NCBI GenBank assembly: GCA_002104945.1
Contig: MCFH01000018.1
Location: 372,001-436,000, forward strand
Source of the DNA: Piromyces finnis finn
Lineage: Eukaryota; Fungi; Neocallimastigomycota
DNA: 64,000 nucleotides
Direction: 5' to 3'
A model generated the notes under the pieces. It saw only the letters and a list, made by a program, of their open reading frames with translations. It made no database searches and was not told the origin of the DNA. Below, in pieces: positions 52,097 to 64,000 of the stretch. Position numbers and translations under genes: made by a program. Every line of letters begins with the position of its first letter. Position 1 is the first letter of the stretch.

Positions 52097-54646
52097 TTTG
52101 TTTTGTTTTTATTATATATATAGAAAGATAAAAATGTTTTAAATTTTATTGGAAATTACTATTAAAATTTGATAGTTTATTTGAAAAAAAAATAATAGTG
52201 TAGGATTAAGTTATTGATATTAAATTAGTGTTTTAAATAGTTTTTTTTTTTTTTTTTTGCAATTAGTTACTTTGTTATTTTTGTTTTTGTTATTATTCTC
52301 CAAAAATAAATAACCATAATTACATTAAAAAAAATAAAATCTCATTTATTTCTATTATTATTGAAACGGTGTATTTATATTATTAACAATAAAGATAAGA
52401 ACAGAAATTGATTTTAAATAAAAAATTTTTTCTTATTCTTATCTTCCTTTTCCCCCTCTTTCTCTATAATAGTTTTTTCTTCTTTTTCTTTTAAATCTAT
52501 ATTAAAAGATGTGATGAAAAATAAATTTTAAAATCAAATTTTAAAAGTTTATTTTTCCTATTTTATTTTATCTTTAATTATAAAAAAGAACATTAAACTA
52601 AAAAAATTTTATAAAATAGGTTTAAAGAAATTTTTTTTTTCTGAAATATTATTTGCTAAAATTTTATAATGGTAATATATAATAATTATATTTTAATATA
52701 TTAAATTTATATTAAAAAAACTATGAAAATTAACATTATAAAATTAATAATTATAACAAATGTTATGGCAATTATTAATGATTTATACGGCATATTAATT
52801 AATTTAATTACCATAATATATCCTATTATATTTTGATTTATTAAATAATATATACTAATTTATTATATCATCTATTTTATATATATATATTTTTTTTTGA
52901 CTATTCAATATGAATTATATAGATCATTATGAAATATAATAAACCTATAATAATATAGATTGAAACTTTTTTTTTTTACTTTAGAATAAAATATTATCAA
53001 AAAAAATTTTATAAGGAATATTATCAATGATCATACATTATATCATTATATAGTTAACAATACTACCTACTCTATTTCCAAATAGTTTTTACAATCATAC
53101 CATATATTACCAAAAAGAATAAAGATAATAATAAAAATTTTACACTAATTTATATTGTATGATTTCTATATATATCTTTTAATATAATTAAAATATTATT
53201 ATTTAATAAATTATATTATTTTTGGATATATAATTATATATTAAAATATATTTAAAAAATTCTATATTTGGTTGATTTAATTTAACGACCTATTCTATAT
53301 AGTAATAGTCTATTTACCAAATATATTAGTATAACATTTTTCAAAAGATATATATAAAAAAAAAAAAGATTTTTTTTAAATTAAATAATAATCATTATAT
53401 AAATAATATATAATAAATAAATATGTATATATATTATATATATAATAAAAATAATATTTTTAATTGATGAAAAAAAATTAAAATCAACAATATTGATTAA
53501 TTTTAATGAATGATGAAAATTATATTAAATAAAGTTTTAAATCCTTTTATTATTTTTTTTTTAGACAATATGAATTATAAATTAAGATCATTTTCAAGTT
53601 ACAAATTTACAGGTGGAATTTTAGCCTGGCAACGAGTTTAGTTTATATTATAGCAACATGGAACATTTGACAAAACTCTACAGAATAGTTTCTGTAAACC
53701 TAATATAAAAATATTATGTACTATAGCAGGATTATAGCTTTATTTTTATAGGTTAAATACTTACCTTTAAATAAATATATATTGTATCTATATATTTTTT
53801 AATATATAATATAAATTTAAAATAAGAGTTATTAAAAAGAATTGTATAGTAAAAAAAAAAATAAATAATTGAAAAAGATTCTTAATACTATTGACATAAA
53901 TGATATGTATAAATATATTAAAAGGTATAGGTAGAATAAATACCACAGCTTTTATTATAAATATTTCCATATAGGAAAAAAATGGATTATCTATGACAGC
54001 ATTTTATTATTTATATTATTAATTATGGTTTAGAGAATAATTTACTTTAAATTCTCTATACACACAATTAAAAATACAACCCTCTATTGATAGTCCTATA
54101 TTTGTCCATGATATAAAATAATCGTGAAACTTAATGGTACACTCTCATTGCTATTTTTTTAAAATAAAAACCTTAAATAATATAAATATGCACTATCTAA
54201 AACAATTTATATATTATGAATTATAGTTTTGAATTAATTTATATAATTATACAGAAAAAAAATCAAAAATATTTTATTGAAAATAAAAAAAAAAAAGAAT
54301 TACATTTATACTACATTCTATTTTAAATAATAAACTATTATACCTATTTTTTATTAATAAACCATTCATATAAAAAAAAATATTGTTATCTAAAAGTATG
54401 CTTATATATTATTAATTTCATACATAAAAAACTATATTGTTTATTAAACATTGTTATTATCCAATACTATGGTATTTTATTTGTTTATATGTCACTTTTT
54501 TTTTTGATATTATATTTTAATTTTTACTCAAAAAAAAAAAAGAAAAATTTATTAAACCTTGAATATCATTTTTCTGTAATGCTAATCTGTATATATAAAA
54601 TATGTAATATAGCGTTATATTTTCTCTTTTTTTTTCTTTAGTTTAT

Positions 54647-55957
54647 TTACCAGTCAAATATTTCTTCATCTTCATCTTCATGACCTGGTCTTAAAGGATT
54701 TAATCCTCTAATATCAATTTGTTCACTCTTACCTAAAATAATTAATTCAGCAAGAGCTAAACCAGTACCAGTAGCTGTCATGATACCCCAATAATTATGA
54801 CCAGAAGCAATATAAACACCGGAGGAAGGAACGCTTTCTTCCTTACCCTTAATTTCTTTTAATTTACCAATAATTGGTAAGTAACTTTTAGGTGGTACAG
54901 GTAAATAGGTGGCTTCATGAACTTCTAAAAGTTCACTATCATTTAATCCATGTTCGGAGAGGGCCTTGACTAATTTTTGTTGTCTTTCTAAATAAAATTG
55001 ATCTGTAGGTGATACAAATGGTAATTTTTCAATTTCATCTCTTGGGAAAGGTTCTGGGGCAGCCATACTACAAATATAAACAGTACCATCTGGACGTGGA
55101 TAAATTTCAACAACTGGATCACCATCCTTTTCAATTGGAATGAAATAAACTTGTGGATCACTAAGAGGTTTTTTTGGTCTTACTAAATAACTTTGACATT
55201 TATGACCAGTGAAACCTTTTGGCATTTGATTTGGAAACCAACGATTAGCTTGGAAGGTCCATGGTCCTAAGGCTAAAATTAAAATATCAGAGGGTATAAA
55301 TTCTTCCTTAACATCATCTTTAGTAATATTTTGACCTTCATTATCATAGGTTTGATCTTTGACATAAACACCTTCATATACTTTACTATCATCATTATAT
55401 TTAACATTGGTAATTTCAGCAATTCTTAATTTGACTCCTTGAGCCTTTAACTTTTCTAAAAAGTAGTGACAAAATTTCATAGGTTGCATTTGTGCTGTGG
55501 CATCAATTTCACCAATGACATTCTTACAACTAATTTTAGCTTCAACCCATGGTGGTGTTTTTATTTCTTCTGTTTTCTTTCCTTCTTTTTCTATTTTTTC
55601 TTCTTCTTTACCTTCATCAGCAATAAATTCTAATGTTTCAACTTGTCTAAAATCATAATTCTCTTTACCATTAAATTTTTGTGCTAAATCTTGATGTAAT
55701 TTATAAGATTGTCTAACTAAAGGATCAGATCTTTCTCCTTCACACCAATCTCTTGCCATAAAACCACCAGCATAACCAGATGCTGAACAGGCAACTGAAC
55801 GTCTTTCAATAATAGTAATATCAAATTTTGGAATTTGACCTTTATTTTCTTCTTTACAATATTCTTGGTAAAATGTTAAATAATAGGCAGTACATATTCC
55901 AATAATACCTCCACCAGCAATTACAATTTTAATAGGTTGTTGATTTTCATTTGACAT
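54647..55957 (-). CDS. FAD-dependent oxidoreductase, DAO family (TDA3/YHR009C-like), intronless
   Basis: Rossmann motif IVIAGGGIIGICTAYYL, followed by ERRSVACSASGYAGGF and VEIYPRPDGTVYIC. The C-terminal ASGHNYWGIMTATGTGLALAELI is typical of the TDA3-like subgroup. Confidence 0.88.
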   Translation of the reverse strand: MSNENQQPIKIVIAGGGIIGICTAYYLTFYQEYCKEENKGQIPKFDITIIERRSVACSASGYAGGFMARDWCEGERSDPLVRQSYKLHQDLAQKFNGKENYDFRQVETLEFIADEGKEEEKIEKEGKKTEEIKTPPWVEAKISCKNVIGEIDATAQMQPMKFCHYFLEKLKAQGVKLRIAEITNVKYNDDSKVYEGVYVKDQTYDNEGQNITKDDVKEEFIPSDILILALGPWTFQANRWFPNQMPKGFTGHKCQSYLVRPKKPLSDPQVYFIPIEKDGDPVVEIYPRPDGTVYICSMAAPEPFPRDEIEKLPFVSPTDQFYLERQQKLVKALSEHGLNDSELLEVHEATYLPVPPKSYLPIIGKLKEIKGKEESVPSSGVYIASGHNYWGIMTATGTGLALAELIILGKSEQIDIRGLNPLRPGHEDEDEEIFDW

Positions 55958-56331
55958 TTTGTTCTTTTTTTTTTTTTTTTTACTTTTATTATTTATTATT
56001 TTTTAATGTATAATGATGAGGGGGGGAAAAAGATTGCTTTATAATTTTAGATTATTTTAAATTTTTTTTTTATTAAAATTATAAATTGTATTTATTTATT
56101 TATTTATTTATTTATTTTTTTTGATAAATTATATTTTGAGAATATAAATATATATTAATATAGGTATAGGTATATAACATATAGTAAATATTAAAACTTG
56201 TTTAAAATAAAAAAAAAAACTTTAATAATCTCGTATGATACTATACCCTTTTAATAAATACTATTTTATTTTTTATATAATAAAAATTTTTTTTTTCTTT
56301 AGATCATTGGAAAATTGAAAGGAAATGGAAA

Positions 56332-56339
56332 TCACGTGA
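56332..56339. promoter_or_regulatory. Candidate E-box (TCACGTGA) upstream of the TDA3-like gene
   Basis: The same palindrome, ~375 bp upstream of ATG 55957. Confidence 0.4.
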
Positions 56340-56909
56340 ATATACAAAATATTTTAAGTTTTTGGTAAATGCTCTTTCTTTTTTTTTAAAAAAAAAAAAG
56401 CATCAACCAAAAAATAAAAAATAAAAAAATAAAAAGCAGAATAAAATATAGAAAATTTTGTAAAAATTTTACTATAATTTTTTTTAATGTTTTTTATTAT
56501 TTTCTGTTTTTTTTTTCTTTCTTTTTTTTTTTTTTTTTGCTTTCTAGCATATAATATATCTATATCTATATTATAGAGAAAACATAGACTAAAAAAAATA
56601 TATATATATAAATTTTTATTTTTTCTATTGTCTTTATTTTAATAATCATTATGAATAAATAATTCTATTGTTCATTTTTTTTTATTTTATTTTATATACT
56701 CTTTATATAAAATTTACAAAAACGAATTTAGTATAAAACATTATTTATCATAATAATTAAGAGTAAAAAATAAAAGTAAAAACTAATATTTTAAAAAAGT
56801 TTTTTATTTATTTTATATATTTAAAATGTATAGATAAAAAATAATTGTTTAAAAAAATATAATGTAATTCTGTAGTTTTAATATATATATAATTATGTAT
56901 TTAAGTTTT

Positions 56910-57656
56910 TTAATATGCTGGGCCATTTCCAGTACTGCAATATGATAAAGTACGTTGAGATCTAGAGTTATCTAATGTACTCTTTGGGTTTAAGAATACG
57001 TTTAATGGGAAACATCCACGAGCATTATTGGCTGTATTAACACCTAAAGCCCAATTATCAGCGAAAATTTCTTCTACATAAATTTCATCATCAATATTAA
57101 TTTCAATTTCATCTTCCAATTCTGGTTGGAAAGTAAATTGAGAAACATATACGTTATTAACCTTTAATTCATCAATAGAAGTTGGGATATATTCATTGGC
57201 TGGAGCATTACCATTATAGTCATTACTGTAGGAATTATCAATTGGTATAGCAACACCGGTAGTTGGAATCTGCATATCTGGTTGTATTTGATTATAATTG
57301 GTTTGATACATTGGTTGAGAAATTGGTGGTTGGTTATAGGAATTAGCTGGAGTAGCAATTGGAGGAGTAATTCTAGAATCAAAATCTTCTGGATGTGGAA
57401 CAGTCCACATATCTGGTGATAAATTATTATCCTTTTTCTTTTTTCTTTGAATACTTATTGAAAAACCAATAACTGCGACTACAATTACTGCAACAATACC
57501 AATACCTAAAAGAGTGTATCCAATTGAAACACCTTCATCTTTTTTATTGTTATCGTCAGATTTTGCAGTATTAATAGTACTTAAAGTATTACTAGTAGTG
57601 TTTGGAGTACTATTAGTTGGTTTTTGTGTTTCACCACCAACAGCTGGTGAATCGTT

Positions 57657-57714
<58 letters not shown>

Positions 57715-59335
57715 GGTTGTTGCTGTGGTTGTTGTTGTGGTTGGGCAGATTGGTTATTATTTGTTTGATTAGATGAACCTTGTTGATTTGAGTTTGAATT
57801 ACTACTACTAGAACCTGAATTAGAACTAGAAGAACTTGAACTAGAACCTGAACTAGAACCTGAATTAGAACCTGAAGAGCCTGAGCTAGAACCTGAACTA
57901 GAACCTGAAGAACCAGAGCTGGAACCAGAACTTGAAGAACCAGAGCTGGAACCAGAACTTGAAGAACCAGAACTTGAACCAGAACTAGATCCTGAACTAG
58001 AACCTGAAGAACCAGAGCTGGAACCAGAACTTGAAGAACCAGAACTTGTACCTGAACTACCGGAGCTACCAGAATTTCCACTTGGTGGAGTAACAACTGG
58101 ACCTGATGGTTTATCGCCGGAAGGGGAAGAAGGATTTACATCTGATGGACTGGCTTTTGTTATTAAAAATAATAATTAATAAAAAAAATTAATATATATA
58201 CTTTAAATTTAAAATTTTTAACAAATTTTTATGTAAATAAAATTAATATTTAAAATGATATTAAAATTGGGGAAAAAACTTTACTAGTTGTTGTTATTGT
58301 TGTTGTCGTTGTTGTCGTTGTTGATGTTGTAGTTGTAGTTGTAGTTATTTCATTAAAATTTTTAATTGAAGAATTATCATTTTCTATTGCGTTATTATCT
58401 TTATTGCATATATATAAAAAATATTAAAATCTATTAATATTTATATAAAATTATCTATATTTCATACTATTTGAAGTAGGTTTTTTTTATCATTATTTAT
58501 TTTTACTAAGTTTGTATTATTTTTGTTGTCTAGTATTATATTTTTAATAATTGCATCAACAATCTTTTTATTATTATTCTTTTCTTTTCTTTTTTTTAAT
58601 TAATATTTTATTATTCAATGAAAAAAAATAATAATATTTAATCAACAACAAAAATAACGCATTTTTAACAACAATACAGTAATAAATAAACAATGTATTT
58701 TTTAATTTTTATCTAAATTGTTTAATTATAAAATTTTTATATTTTGATTTTGTTTATTTAAAAATTATCATACTTGTCGAGTTTTCTATTTTCTGTGAAT
58801 CATCATTTGCATTATCATTATTCTTATTCGTATCATCATTATTTGTCTCATTATTATTATCTTTACTTGTTTCCTCAATTTTTGTTTCATTACTATTATC
58901 TTTATTATCATCATTATTATTATTGTCTTGTTTTTATTTTAAAAAAAAATAGTTATTTTTGTTTTAAAATATAAAATTTAGTATAAAACAAAAACAAGGA
59001 CATATATTAAATTAATAAAAAGGGAGAAATAAGTAAGAAATAACTAACGAAGCTTTTCTGAAAAAAAAAATTAATAAGCAATATCATATATTCTCACCAT
59101 TTCCTGAAGTTGGATCAGCTGTAACTGCTGAAGGTGATCCTTCAGAAGTTGATGGGGTAGCTGGATCTTCCTTTTTTTCAGAATCTTGGCAGAACACAGC
59201 TAAGATTATATTAATTCAAAGAAAAATTAGTTTCGATAATTATATTAATAATTTTATACTACAATTCGTTACTTACATTGAGAAATTATTAATATAATTA
59301 AAAATAAAAAGAAAAATTTTGTATTGAATTTCATT
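56910..59335 (-). CDS. Mucin-like type-I membrane protein with C-terminal SH3 domain; about 5 exons
   Basis: Signal-peptide exon MKFNTKFFFLFLIILIISQ (ATG 59335, GTAAG donor). Thr-, Ser/Gly- and Gln-rich ectodomain exons follow. TM LLGIGIVAVIVVAVIGFSISI, then the basic stop RKRKK. SH3 YVSQFTFQPELEDEIEINIDDEIYVEEIFADNWALGVNTANNARGCFPLNVF. Confidence 0.87.
57657..58070 (-). repeat. Coding repeats: (CAA)n poly-Gln and 27-nt Ser/Gly units
   Basis: A (ttg)n run lies at ~57657-57713. The unit gaagaaccagagctggaaccagaactt is repeated between ~57907 and 58040. Confidence 0.9.
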
Positions 59336-61518
59336 TTGATTTATTTAACTTTAAAAAAAAAAATCTATATATTGGATAGTTGATATATTTTAATTTTTAT
59401 TTTAATTGAAATATATTGAACTTTATCTACAAAGTTAAATCTATCTTTAAAAAATTTTTATAATATTATATTTATTAGTTTTTTTTTTATTTAATTTTTT
59501 TTTTGTAAATGTATTTTTTTAAAGGTTCAATTTTATCTAAATACTAATAAATTATTAAAAGTATTTAGTTTTAAAATTCATTAAACTATATTTTATATTA
59601 AGCAATAATGAGTATACCTTTTTTATTATAAAGTAATTTAATTTTTAAATACAAAATCTAGATTCAATGTTCTTCTTCTTTCTACTTTTTTTTTTTATAT
59701 TTTTTATTTTTTATTTTTTTTTTTTTATTTTTTATTTTTTTTTTAATTTAGTTTTATTTTTTCAATCTGTATTTATTTTTTTTTTAACTTTTGATAACAA
59801 TAAATTTAATAATATATTATTAAAGGAAAAGTAAAATACGAAAAATAAAACATAGAATTAAAAAAAAGAAAAGAAGAAAAAATATAAAAAAAATAAAAAT
59901 ACTTTAAAATGAAGAAGAGAAAAAAAAAAAACTCTATATAATATTAATAAATTAGAATATATTACTTTTTTTGAAATATAATATATAATTCATTTAATTA
60001 TATTAATTTGATATTGATATTAATTATAGCATAAGAATAGATTACTTTTATTAAAATACTATATATATTAAATGTTAAATATTATATTCAATAATTTATT
60101 TGATATTTATTAATAAATATATTAATTAATAAATTACTTTTTTTCAAACCAATCTTAATAATTAAAAATGGAAATATAACAAAGTTTATTATAATATATT
60201 ATAATTTTGATAAAAATACATATTTAATTAAAATAGTTTATTATATAAATAATCATCATCAATAGATTCATAAAAAATACATTTAATACATATTATTCTA
60301 TTTTATCATACAATATCATACTTTGTATTAATATATACTATTTCATTATAATATTCTTTTCTTCTTTTGAAAATATAAATTTAAAATATTATTATAATAA
60401 TCATTATTAATATATATTGAAATAGTCATTACACTACTGCATAATAGTATATTAGTAATATATCAATATAAATTAAAAAAAATGTTTATAATCTTTTCAT
60501 TACATATTTTTTAATTAATGTAAAATTAATAATGTGTGTGTAGAGGTTTCATTATTTTCATTATTCCATATTAAAATCTATTTTTATTATCATCTTTGTT
60601 AGCTTTTAAAAGCATTTATTATCAAATCAATTAATATATAAAAAAGAAAACAATAATAATATTTAATAATTAAAATTACCATTTTATATTACAAAATTTA
60701 CAATTAATTTTTTTAAAACTTAAAATATATATGTTATTCTATTTATACATTCTTTATATAGATATTATATTAAATAATATATTATATATATACATTGATG
60801 GTATATTATTGGTTCATTAATAATTAAGAATTAATTATTAAATTTCACTTTTTGATTTATCCAATGAAATAATAATTAGATGAAAAAAACGAGAGTTCAT
60901 GTGACTGTATAAATATATGGACACTTGAAGTAAAATATATAAATTTTTTAAGTAAAAATTTAAGGTTACACCAAACTATAATCATTTTCTTCCTAATCAT
61001 AAAAATTAAAAATAGTCAATGATGTGAATATATAATAATATTATATACATTATATTAAAGTCTGTATAATTTTTAAAAAAGAAATTTATCCACGTTTAAG
61101 CCTCTTTTTTTTTTTTATATAATTTATAATGAATTAAAAGTGTAAAAGGAAATAAAACATGCATACATACATATCAAAAAAAAATATGCTTTGAATAAAT
61201 AAGACTTCTATATATTGTAGACATTTTAAAAATAAATTTTATATTAATAATTAAAGTTAATTATGGTTATGTTGGTTGTGTGGGTGAACTTCTTGCATAT
61301 AAAAGTAATTTTAATAGGATGTTTTAAAAAAACTCTTTGATAAAGTTTTAAATTTTGAGTGAAGATTCGTTGGTATATTCAAATTAAATATTTGTATAGT
61401 TATTATATGCTACCATATATTATATAATTCATTCGAATATAATTACGGAAAGTTTTATTGTTACACTCAAATGATGATGATTATGCTTCATCCTACAAAA
61501 TGGCATTCCTTTTTTTAA

Positions 61519-62070
61519 GTCGTTCCAGTTTTTATCCTGGTTGTTAAGGCGTTTCCTTAGCATATATAAGGCTTCTGGTTCGACCCCGCAGATGTCAGTG
61601 CCTGTGGATTTTCCCACTGGGTTTGCCATGGGTTGGGTTATGATATTCAGGTAAGTATAAATGAACTTTCTAATTTACTACTATGATAATAACACTCGTC
61701 TAGCCGGCCTGAGAGGGTCTAGTGTACATGGTACATTCCAAATTAGAACTTAATAAGTGGTGACTTAGGCTATGCCAAAAACACATAATATTCCTTAATC
61801 AATTTAAGTGTAAACATTAGGGGGCGGTTGGCACGTGATCAAATTGACTATAAGAGGCTTAGCATTGTAGTTGTGAAATATCGTACAACGACATGCATCT
61901 AATGTACATGGATTAAGTGAGCGTCGAAGCTGAAGAAACAGTATGACAGACCAGGAGGGTCACAACCACCTAGCAATAGGAATGAGCCAACGTTTCTCTA
62001 AGAACCACCATTGGAGCTAACTCTGATCGATGGGAGAAATGCACTCGGAAGTTAAAAAAAAAAAAAAAAA
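61519..62070 (+). mobile_element. tRNA-Ala(AGC)-derived SINE, full length, copy 2 (535-bp body plus A17 tail)
   Basis: Target-site duplication TTCCTTTTTTTAA at 61506-61518 and 62071-62083 (14 bp if the adjoining A is counted). By eye the body differs from copy 1 at only 2 positions (catac/catat; ttgac/ttggc). Confidence 0.95.
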
Positions 62071-62684
62071 TTCCTTTTTTTAAAAGGATAATATTAAATT
62101 ATATATTCAAACATAAATATTAATATTTTTACATTGTTTATCATGTGTATACACGTGTATTTATTAATATTTTGGAAATGATCTTTTTCTGCAAAAAATT
62201 TTAAAGTTATGTGTTTTAAATTAAAATAATAGAGTAGTTTTTATCATATAAAAAAAAAGAAAATATATGGAATAATTTTACTTTTAACTGCTACTTAAAA
62301 ATATAATAATCCAAGTAAAGTTTATTAATTAAATAATAACACCATAAACTATAATATTTTTATCCAAAATTTTGCACAATAGTATAGTAATAAAGTCATT
62401 AATTTCCCCAATTAAGTAATAAAAACAATGCTCTGAATTATTTAGAAATCTTAATCATTTTAAATATTATACCTAAATTATATATTTAAAAGAAGTAGTA
62501 ATAATAATTTCTTTACATTTTTATTCTTAATGTTTTATATTATAAAAAAACTCTATATACATACAATTTATTTAATACATTAAATTTTTGTAAATACATT
62601 TTTATTAATTTTATATTACAAAATTTATTGATAAAAAAATGTATTGATTCTTTTTTTATTCATCAAAAATAATATTATGTAAAT

Positions 62685-63983
62685 ATGAGTGAAACAGATA
62701 TTTATAAAGTACGATTATATTCTGACCATAAAACAATTCAAATTCAAGCTATAGAGAAAATTAAAAAAACATTACTTAGTTCTTTAAATGAAAATGAAAT
62801 AAACAATCTAAATAATTTATTGTGGGAATGCATAAAAAATGATAATCCATCTATTCCAATTACAAAGAGAGTTTACATTTGTTCTCTAAGTATTAATGTT
62901 ATCATTGAATTAATAAAAAATGGAAAAAATATATGGATAGATACATTAAATAATTTTTACAATATCATTCCTGGTATTGAAGAAGAAAAGCTTCCTATAA
63001 TTGTAAATGTCATTGTAAAACTATTAGAATTACATGTAGAAAATATTAGCAAAAGTGTTGAATTTAAAGACTATAATACACCATTCGAACAAAATAGTTT
63101 AAATATTCATCCATTTATATACTTAATTCAAAAACGTCCTGAAACCTGGGCTGAAATTATTCCATATCTATACAAGTTCTTACCATGTACAGATGAACTG
63201 CTTGAAATTCAAGAAAATCATAATAATGATTATTTGTTAATTACATTGGAAATGCTTTCACCATTTATTAAATATTCAATTTTAAATTTTGACGATTGCC
63301 ATTGTTTATCAAATTCTTGTATGGTAAAAGATTGGTTAATTAAACTTTTAAAGAATTCTTTGCAATTAACATCTAAAAACAATATCATTGATAAATTAAA
63401 AAATAATATAATTCAATTAATTTATTTCATTTTAATTCATTTAACACCTAATAGTAATAGTATCAATACTATTCACCAGTGTTTTTCATCTGAAATCACC
63501 AATCTATTAATAAATTATGACTTTCAAAATGAATTTTTAGGTGACTTTTTATATAATTTATTGGCTTGTGTTTTGGAACAAAGAAAAAATAATATTTCTA
63601 CTCATACCTTAGTCCTTCAAATTTATTTAATTGTTAAAGAAAAGTCTAAAAAATTAACCATTGAATACAAAGTAATATTCCCAGAAATATGTTTATTACT
63701 AATCGATACTGTTGATGAAGATGAAGAAGCTCATTTAATAAATATTTTATATATCATTATTAACCATGCAATTGAACAACATACACCATTAGTAAAATAC
63801 TTACCATTAGCTATCTTCCCACTTTTACAAGTTTATTCTGAAACTACAAATACAAAGTCAAAGTCAAAAGCTTTAAATCTTGTGAAAACAATAGAACAAA
63901 ATATTTTATTAGCAAACTTTGATAATTCTTTAAAATTAGTTGAAGAAAATACGGTAACAAATGATAAATTTAATACTACAAAG
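62685..63983 (+). CDS. focad: Focadhesin (FOCAD/KIAA1797; plant RST1) homologue, exon 1; gene continues off the right edge
   Basis: A 433-codon open frame from ATG 62685 to donor AAG|GTAAAT at 63983. It is missing from the ORF track because there is no in-window stop. Motifs IQIQAIEKI, NLLWECIKNDN, HPFIYLIQKRPETW and EMLSPFIKY align in order with human FOCAD IQSQAVGHL, NLLWEKCCSDN, HPLITVLEHRPDCW and QIMAPFLWY (from memory). Confidence 0.8.
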
Positions 63984-64000
63984 GTAAATTCTTTTATAAT

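Noticed and set aside
57581-58096. V/L/Q-rich 'hydrophobic' ORF, and similar alternate-frame ORFs 18537..18869, 18921..19190 and 49519..49821
   Set aside because: They are off-frame readings of Ser/Gly, Pro and MPG repeats in the real genes.
7-62685. A functional 'nuclear/chromatin/RNA-decay' gene cluster (nup98, set9, U6, caf40, ING, llph, focad)
   Set aside because: These are common housekeeping classes interspersed with unrelated genes, and no shared regulatory structure supports a cluster.

Overview
A very AT-rich, intron-rich eukaryotic window with long poly-A/T tracts and short GT-AG introns. It is most consistent with an anaerobic gut fungus (Neocallimastigomycota); this is inferred from composition and gene content. 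I reconstructed about 14 protein-coding genes by reading exons by eye. They are Nup98 (GLEBS, FG repeats, HF/S autoprotease), a Set9/KMT5 H4K20 methyltransferase, an orphan coiled-coil protein, a divergent Caf40/CNOT9, a Cys-rich type-I membrane protein, secreted dipeptidyl-peptidase V, an ING-family PHD protein, a ~2100-aa HMMR/RHAMM-like coiled coil, LLPH-like, LRRC46-like, an F-box protein, a Pro/Met-rich orphan, a TDA3-like FAD oxidoreductase, a mucin-like TM-SH3 protein and the start of a focadhesin/RST1 homologue. There is one U6 snRNA gene. Four observations stand out. (1) Two near-identical full-length copies of a 535-bp tRNA-Ala(AGC)-derived poly(A) SINE have distinct 13-14 bp target-site duplications and a structured body with an 11/11 U1-complementary site, GNRA hairpins and an 18-nt 16S-rRNA-like motif. 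(2) The U6 snRNA has an extra 3' cUUCGg hairpin. (3) Set9 appears to be spliced in frame, via a 13-nt microexon, to a C-terminal Tudor-knot/chromo-barrel domain. (4) The Caf40 has bulky substitutions at the residues forming the CBM-binding groove. Gene models and family calls come from manual reading and remembered motifs, not database searches.
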